Assembly: GCA_910587725.1 (NCBI GenBank)
Contig: CAJUNG010000001.1
Location: forward strand, 1,698-65,697
DNA from: an uncultured Bacilli bacterium
Lineage (GTDB): Bacteria > Bacillota_I > Bacilli_A > RF39 > UBA660
DNA length: 64,000 nt
Direction of reading: 5' to 3'
Shown: piece after piece, positions 58,898 through 64,000 of the stretch
How positions within the stretch are numbered: the stretch's first letter is position 1
How the letters are laid out: the number at the start of each line of letters is the position of its first letter
The notes under the pieces: model-generated
What the model was told of the DNA's origin: nothing
Databases searched by the model: none
What the model saw: the letters and a program-made list of their open reading frames with translations, nothing else
Position numbers and translations under genes: made by a program

Positions 58898-59791
58898 ATG
58901 GCCAAATTAAATTATGCGACTGAATACAGTCAGGCATTAGCCCAAGCATATCCATATACACTATATTTTGGTGCACTATGGACTGCCGTCAAAGAAGACG
59001 TTAAATTCTTAAATAGTAATACGATTCAATTACCAAGTTTAAAAGTGAAAGGACGTAAAAATGGTAATCGTGATACCATTGGAACTTTCGGAAGAAACTT
59101 CGATAATGAGTTAGAGCCAAAGACTCTTAAAAATCATAGAACCTGGGATACATTAGTACATCCACGTGATATTGACGAAACAAATAAAGTAGCATCAATT
59201 CAAAATATCACAAAGACAATGAACGAAGAGCAAAAATTTCCTGAAATGGACGCAGAAGCAATTAATGCAGTATATTCATTAAAAAATGAAATTGAAACAA
59301 TTGAAGCAAAAGCAAAAGGGTATATTACTGCTCAAAACGTATTAACTGAATTTGATGCCTTAATGGATAAAATGGACGAAAAAAGAGTACCTGCATCAGG
59401 ACGAATTCTTTATGTTGATACCTATACAAAAACTCTTATCGATACTGCTAAAGATGTAGTTCGTACTAGTGGTAATAAAGTATTAGGACGTACAGTATCT
59501 CGTATCGATGAGGTTGAAATTGTATCTGTTCCAACTACTCTTATGAAGACAGCCTTTACATTCAAAGAAGATGACGGATTTGAAGTATCCGCAGAGGCCA
59601 AAGATGTAAAAATGATGTTAGTACACTTAAGTGCTATTATTCCAGCAATTTCATATGAATTTGCTCAATTAGAAAGTCCAAGTGCACTTTCACAAGGTAA
59701 ATATGTATACTTTGAGGAATCTTTCGAAGATATGTTTATCTACAATAAAAAACACGATGCTATTCAGTTTTTAGTTGAAGAAACTGCTTAA
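58898..59791 (+). CDS. phage major capsid protein
   Basis: A 297-aa protein following the scaffold gene with strong expression signals (GGAAGG RBS). The assignment rests on position and size only; no motif or search was available. Confidence 0.75.
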   Translation: MAKLNYATEYSQALAQAYPYTLYFGALWTAVKEDVKFLNSNTIQLPSLKVKGRKNGNRDTIGTFGRNFDNELEPKTLKNHRTWDTLVHPRDIDETNKVASIQNITKTMNEEQKFPEMDAEAINAVYSLKNEIETIEAKAKGYITAQNVLTEFDALMDKMDEKRVPASGRILYVDTYTKTLIDTAKDVVRTSGNKVLGRTVSRIDEVEIVSVPTTLMKTAFTFKEDDGFEVSAEAKDVKMMLVHLSAIIPAISYEFAQLESPSALSQGKYVYFEESFEDMFIYNKKHDAIQFLVEETA

Positions 59792-59961
59792 TGGCAAAAT
59801 TCAAGCATAAAAGTGGAGGAATTTGCGAAGTTTTAACTCAAAGTAATATTGAGGCACTTCGCAAGAATCCACAGTATAAAGAAATGATTGATAAGAAAGA
59901 AAAAACTAAAACTGAAGAAAACAAACCAATAGAAGAGCAATCTTCTGAAGAAAATAAATAA
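59791..59961 (+). CDS. 56-aa acidic small protein after the capsid gene (hypothetical)
   Basis: An ATG overlapping the capsid TAA with an AGTGGAGGAA RBS. It is below the ORF-track size cutoff and was found by reading the sequence directly. Confidence 0.3.
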   Translation: MAKFKHKSGGICEVLTQSNIEALRKNPQYKEMIDKKEKTKTEENKPIEEQSSEENK

Positions 59962-59978
59962 TCACGGAGGTGATTACT

Positions 59979-60359
59979 ATGAAGTATTACGTTGATTTTA
60001 ACTTTTATTCAAAAACATATCATGGAAGTTTGGGAGAAAAAGAGTTTGAAACAAAGTTAGATGAAGCGCAAGAAAAAATTGATGAAGTTACCTTTAATAG
60101 AATTGTAGGAGTTGGATTTAATAAATTAACTCCATTTCAACAAGAAAAAATAAAGAAAGCACTTTGTTATCAAATTGACTACATTGTTGAAAATGGAAAT
60201 GAGGATTCTGACGATGTATCAGGTTATAGTGTTTTAGATATTTCAGTTACTGTAAATAGTACTGATAGGAATGAAGCGAGAAAGCTACATATATCATCAA
60301 TGGGATATTCTCTATTGAAAAAAACAGGATTAACCAATAGGAGTTTTAGATGGCATTAA
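59979..60359 (+). CDS. putative head-tail connector protein
   Basis: Position and size only; GGAGGTG RBS. Confidence 0.45.
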   Translation: MKYYVDFNFYSKTYHGSLGEKEFETKLDEAQEKIDEVTFNRIVGVGFNKLTPFQQEKIKKALCYQIDYIVENGNEDSDDVSGYSVLDISVTVNSTDRNEARKLHISSMGYSLLKKTGLTNRSFRWH

Positions 60360-60697
60360 GAATAAAAAAACTTCGATTCCCAAAAGAACTCGCTAATATA
60401 GAATATTCTTTGTTACTGGAAGAAATAGGAGTATCAGAAGAAGGAAGTCCGATTGCAGGAATTGAGAAAACTGGAAAGTGTATTTTTTCAGAAAAATCCA
60501 AAAGAATTGTTACGGAAGACGGAAAAGAAATAACTTTGTTTGGGAAAGTAGCAATTGAAGGTGATGTTGCTCCTTCATTAAAAACTGTTGCGAGTGGTAC
60601 CATCATTTTGAATGGACAAAAATATGAGATATATTCAGGATACAGACCTAGAAATCCAGATGGAAGTATTTTTTGCACAGAATTTGAGGTAATGTGA
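60350..60697 (+). CDS. putative head closure / head-tail adaptor protein
   Basis: Overlapping small ORF in connector module; position-based. Confidence 0.4.
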   Translation: MALRIKKLRFPKELANIEYSLLLEEIGVSEEGSPIAGIEKTGKCIFSEKSKRIVTEDGKEITLFGKVAIEGDVAPSLKTVASGTIILNGQKYEIYSGYRPRNPDGSIFCTEFEVM

Positions 60698-61068
60698 TGA
60701 ATGTTACTGGTAAGGTAAATAGAACACATTTGAATCAAATGCAAAGTATATTTCAAAAAGCACAGATTAGAGCAGTGGATGGTATTAAAACAGATGTACA
60801 AGATTCACATACCATGCCATTTGATACAGGAGCATTACAAAACAACAGTATGAATGTAGATGTCTCTAAAGTAGGTAGTGGAAAAGTGGTTTTAGTGCAT
60901 TCTGGATTACCATATCCAAGAAGATTGTATTTCCATCCTGAATATAACTTTAGACAAGATCACAACTCTAAAGCAGGTGGAATGTGGTTTCAACCGTATA
61001 TTGATGGTAATAAGAAAAAAATGCCACAGCTTTATTTCACTAAATTTGTAAAGGAGTACATGAGATGA
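60694..61068 (+). CDS. putative HK97 gp10-like head-tail joining protein
   Basis: Position-based assignment with a 4-nt overlap. Confidence 0.4.
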   Translation: MMNVTGKVNRTHLNQMQSIFQKAQIRAVDGIKTDVQDSHTMPFDTGALQNNSMNVDVSKVGSGKVVLVHSGLPYPRRLYFHPEYNFRQDHNSKAGGMWFQPYIDGNKKKMPQLYFTKFVKEYMR

Positions 61069-61454
61069 CATTGAAACAAATAAAGGATGCTTTTAAAGAA
61101 ACATTCGCCTGGAAAGATGCTATATCAATTGGGAAAATAGATAAAAATGCTGAAAAAGCAATTTGTTTTTATCCTAGCAAAAGAGATAGTGGATTTCAAG
61201 GGACTATTGGTGGTAACAAGAATAAACATTATGATATGAAAAAAGTTACAATTCTATTAAGATACGCTCAAAATCAAGATGAAGCAGAAATAATGGCACA
61301 AAAAGTATATGACTTTTTATTAGAAAGGTCATTTTTTATTGAAGAAAAAAGGGTATTTACAATAATGAAATGTGACGAGCCTATATGGCTCGGAACCGAT
61401 GATAAAAATGTGTATGAATATTCTTTTGAATTAGATTTTTACAAAGAAAGGTAG
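61065..61454 (+). CDS. putative tail completion protein
   Basis: Position-based assignment with a 4-nt overlap. Confidence 0.4.
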   Translation: MTLKQIKDAFKETFAWKDAISIGKIDKNAEKAICFYPSKRDSGFQGTIGGNKNKHYDMKKVTILLRYAQNQDEAEIMAQKVYDFLLERSFFIEEKRVFTIMKCDEPIWLGTDDKNVYEYSFELDFYKER

Positions 61455-61462
61455 GAGATAAT

Positions 61463-61924
61463 ATGGCTACATTTACAACTGGAGTAATGCCAGTATATGA
61501 TTTAGACTTCGCTATTGGTACAAAAGGGGAAACATCTGCTGAAAACGATATGAAAAGTATTGCTGATATGGAGAATTTTTCCATGAGTATTACTAGTGAT
61601 TCACAGGAATGGTATCCAATGGATGCCAAAGGGTGGAGACGCCTTTTAGTAACGGCTAAGGCAATTACAATTTCACTATCTGGTAAACGTAATTATGGAG
61701 ATGATGGAAATGATTATGTTGCCAGTTTAGCATTAAAAAATGGGAGAAGTTGTTGTTCTAAGTTAAAGTTGACTTTCCCCAATGAAGACACATTAGAGAT
61801 GAAGTGTGTTCTAAAAGTTACTAACTGGGTTGGTGGGGCATCAACTGATGTTCAACCATTAGAATTTGATTTGGAAAGTGATGGGGAACCAATATTCACA
61901 GAACATACGATAACTACAGGATAG
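61463..61924 (+). CDS. putative major tail protein
   Basis: A 153-aa protein immediately upstream of the chaperone and TMP genes, with a GGAG RBS. Confidence 0.5.
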   Translation: MATFTTGVMPVYDLDFAIGTKGETSAENDMKSIADMENFSMSITSDSQEWYPMDAKGWRRLLVTAKAITISLSGKRNYGDDGNDYVASLALKNGRSCCSKLKLTFPNEDTLEMKCVLKVTNWVGGASTDVQPLEFDLESDGEPIFTEHTITTG

Positions 61925-61989
61925 TAAGAAATGGAGCAGATTAAATTCTGCTCCTAATTTTATAAATAATTAGAAAGAAGGTTTTATAT

Positions 61990-62307
61990 ATGAGAATTAT
62001 TGATACTGGAGACAAAATTTTGACTGGGGATAACCATCCACAATTAAAAATAGGAGAAACCTGTTATATTGTTGATGATAGAAAAAGTGTACTAGATAAA
62101 ATTACGGAAGTACAATCAAGTACCGAATTATCACAAAGTGAAAAAGAAAAGAAAATTTTTGAATTGGCTTTTGGTATAGAAAAGGCGAAAGAAATTTTAG
62201 ATAAGGATTTAACAGTAGAAGGATATATTAATTTAACTTATTATACTATGGCGGCGATTACCGGAAAAACATACGAAGAAATAAAGGAACAATCCGAAAA
62301 AAACTAG
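61990..62307 (+). CDS. tail assembly chaperone (gpG-like)
   Basis: A 105-aa acidic protein directly upstream of the TMP. It ends ...SEKN with a slippery A_AAA_AAC at 62298-62304. Confidence 0.6.
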   Translation: MRIIDTGDKILTGDNHPQLKIGETCYIVDDRKSVLDKITEVQSSTELSQSEKEKKIFELAFGIEKAKEILDKDLTVEGYINLTYYTMAAITGKTYEEIKEQSEKN

Positions 62308-62663
62308 CAAGCCCAGAGAGTTTTTACGATGAAAGCTTTGACTGGGATGCAATAGTTAGTTCCTTTGCGCAACAATATGGAATACGTCTTCACAAAGAAT
62401 ACGAAGAGATTTCAACACAAGAATATTATCAAATGTTAACAACATTGAATGGAGACACTGCGTTGGGAAATTTAATTCGTATTCGCTCTGAAAATGACCC
62501 TAAAAGAATTCAGGAAATGACAAAAGAGGAAAAAGAAGTTCGAAGTAAATGGACTAATTTTAAAATGAAACAGAAATCAAAACTAAGTGATGTAGAAAAG
62601 AAAAAACAAACAGAATACTTCCATCAAATTATAAAATCAATGTTCGGAGGTGGTAATAGGTAA
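61990..62663 (+). CDS. tail assembly chaperone G-T fusion via programmed -1 ribosomal frameshift (slip at 62298-62304)
   Basis: The -1 frame is open from 62232 to 62663, overlapping the G 3' end. Heptamer A AAA AAC lies in register X XXY YYZ, immediately before the G stop. The extension continues as ...LASPESFYDESFDW...MLTTLNGDTALGNL... Confidence 0.5.
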
Positions 62664-64000
62664 TAATGGAGTTGCAGGTACTGTATATTTCAATACAGCC
62701 TTTGATACGAAATCGTATGATAAAAATGTAAAAAATACACTATCTAAAACCACAAATGCGTTTTCAAATACGTTCGGCAAAATAGGAAAGATTATAGCAA
62801 TAGGACTTTCCATTAAGGCCATAACGGGTTTTACAAAATCATGTATTGAGTTAGGTTCTGATTTGGCGGAAGTACAAAATGTCGTTGATGTAGTATTTCC
62901 AAACATTAATTCACAAGTCAATAATTTTGCAAAAAACGCAATAGACCAATTTGGACTATCAGAACTTGCTACAAAAAAATACATAGGTACTTTTGGTGCT
63001 ATGTCTAAATCCTTTGGATTTTCAGAGCAAGCGGCCTATGAAATGTCTAAAACAGTAACTGGATTAGTAGGAGATGTATCGTCATTTTACAATATCAGCC
63101 AGGATTTAGCTTATACAAAATTAAAATCAGTTTGGACTGGTGAAACAGAAACACTTAAGGACCTTGGAATTGTTATGACACAAACTGCCTTAAATGAGTA
63201 TGCCTTAAGAAATGGTTTTTCCAAGACTATAGATAAAATGACAGAAACGGAAAAAGTAAGTTTACGTTATGCTTTTGTACAAAACCAATTGGCATCTGCG
63301 ACTGGTGATTTTGCAAGAACAAGTGATGGATGGGCAAATCAAGTTCGAGTTTTAGGACTAAGATTCGACCAATTAAAAGCGAGTTTAGGACAAGGATTCA
63401 TAAATCTTTTCACACCTATTGTAAAAGTTCTTAATATAGTCATTTCAAAACTACAAGTGTTTGCAGATATATTTAGTAAAGTAACTTCTGCAATTTTTGG
63501 AAAACAACAACAAGCAATTTCAAATACTGCATCGCAATATAACGAAATGGGCGCTAGTGCGATTAAGTCGGCAGATGATGTTTCTAAAGCTTCTAAAAAA
63601 GCTCAAAAGGCAGTAATGGGTTATGATAGACTGAACATCTTATCCAATACGAAAACTTCTTCTGATAGTGGCACTACAGGTGGAGGAAACATTAGTACAA
63701 GCATGCCTACTATATCAACACCAGAAATAAGCGATACAATCAGCCCACAAATGCAGAAGATAGTAGATAAAATACTTTCGTACATTGAACCGCTAAAAAA
63801 TATAAGTTTCGATAACTTGTTGAACTCCTTAAGTGGACTAAAAGATAGTTTGGGTAAGTTTGGAAAAACCGTGTTTTCAGGACTTGAATGGTTATATTTT
63901 AATATTTTAGTACCACTAGCAAAATGGACTATAGAGGATGTATTACCGAAATTTATAGACATACTTTCGGGCGCCTTTAAAGTGTTAAATCCAGTGTTAG
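62650..64000 (+). CDS. tail tape measure protein (N-terminal part; continues beyond window)
   Basis: A long open frame to the window end, with helical and Gly/Ser-rich segments (GVAGTVYFNTAFDTKSYDKNVKN...). The start is uncertain: an in-frame GTG at 62650 overlaps a GGAGG, and the ATG at 62666 is out of frame. Confidence 0.7.
   Translation, partial: MVIGNNGVAGTVYFNTAFDTKSYDKNVKNTLSKTTNAFSNTFGKIGKIIAIGLSIKAITGFTKSCIELGSDLAEVQNVVDVVFPNINSQVNNFAKNAIDQFGLSELATKKYIGTFGAMSKSFGFSEQAAYEMSKTVTGLVGDVSSFYNISQDLAYTKLKSVWTGETETLKDLGIVMTQTALNEYALRNGFSKTIDKMTETEKVSLRYAFVQNQLASATGDFARTSDGWANQVRVLGLRFDQLKASLGQGFINLFTPIVKVLNIVISKLQVFADIFSKVTSAIFGKQQQAISNTASQYNEMGASAIKSADDVSKASKKAQKAVMGYDRLNILSNTKTSSDSGTTGGGNISTSMPTISTPEISDTISPQMQKIVDKILSYIEPLKNISFDNLLNSLSGLKDSLGKFGKTVFSGLEWLYFNILVPLAKWTIEDVLPKFIDILSGAFKVLNPVL

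Larger units (their letters stand above)
38800..64000. mobile_element. prophage (siphovirus-like, SPP1-type head module), left end at tRNA-Gly; right end beyond window
   Basis: Integrase immediately downstream of the tRNA-Gly 3' end. ImmA/XRE/Cro switch, then RecT and MBL, then terS, terL, portal, gp7-like protein, scaffold, MCP, connectors, MTP, G/GT and TMP, all co-oriented on the plus strand. Confidence 0.85.

Noticed and set aside
62666-62734. ATG at 62666 with a well-spaced GGAGG as the tape-measure start
   Set aside because: It is in a different frame from the long TMP ORF and terminates after 22 codons. It is retained only as evidence of an unclear or possibly miscalled start.
1-64000. 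Search for IS elements, transposases, rRNA or CRISPR-cas
   Set aside because: No transposase-like ORFs, terminal inverted repeats around ORFs, rRNA-like conserved blocks or spacer-repeat arrays were seen. The only mobile element is the prophage.

Overview
This is a ~30% GC chromosomal segment of a Firmicutes-type, probably spore-forming genome (SpoIID and CwlD-like genes are present); the taxon is inferred and not named. The left 38.8 kb is mostly core and cell-envelope genes: LemA, a DUF2207 protein, mscL, an orphan pseudopilin, htrA, htpG carrying a CIRCE operator, yidD, SpoIID, a CwlD-like amidase, desulfoferrodoxin, rpmB, dnaE, polC and uvsE. Three accessory-looking blocks interrupt it. 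The first is a 1780-aa secreted M60-like (enhancin) metalloprotease carrying a type-I dockerin, followed by a translationally coupled cohesin-like membrane anchor. The second is an Abi_2 abortive-infection gene fused into the htrA operon. The third is a low-GC cluster at 19.2-28 kb holding a P-loop protein, a small peptide, an ABC exporter, a GDSL esterase, a PlsC-like acyltransferase, an HD hydrolase and a second peptide deformylase. tRNA-Leu(CAA) lies at 11.2 kb; tRNA-Ser(GCT) and tRNA-Gly(TCC) lie at 38.5-38.8 kb. A siphovirus-type prophage starts just past tRNA-Gly with its integrase and runs off the window end (38.8 to beyond 64 kb). It has a lysogeny switch (ImmA/XRE/Cro), a recombination module (SMC-like ATPase, RecT, MBL), a ClpA/B-D1-like AAA+ gene and small moron ORFs. 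Its packaging and head module comprises terS, terL, portal and an SPP1-gp7-like minor head protein with a C-terminal ADP-ribosyltransferase toxin domain. Scaffold, capsid, connector and tail genes follow, with a G/GT programmed -1 frameshift and the start of the tape measure gene. I also flag a ~66-bp repeat pair in inverted orientation (10.9 kb and 19.2 kb), a candidate prophage sRNA (40.07-40.15 kb) and a tRNA-like element inside the structural module (58.03-58.10 kb). Functions are assigned from motifs I can see in the translations; no database searches were possible.
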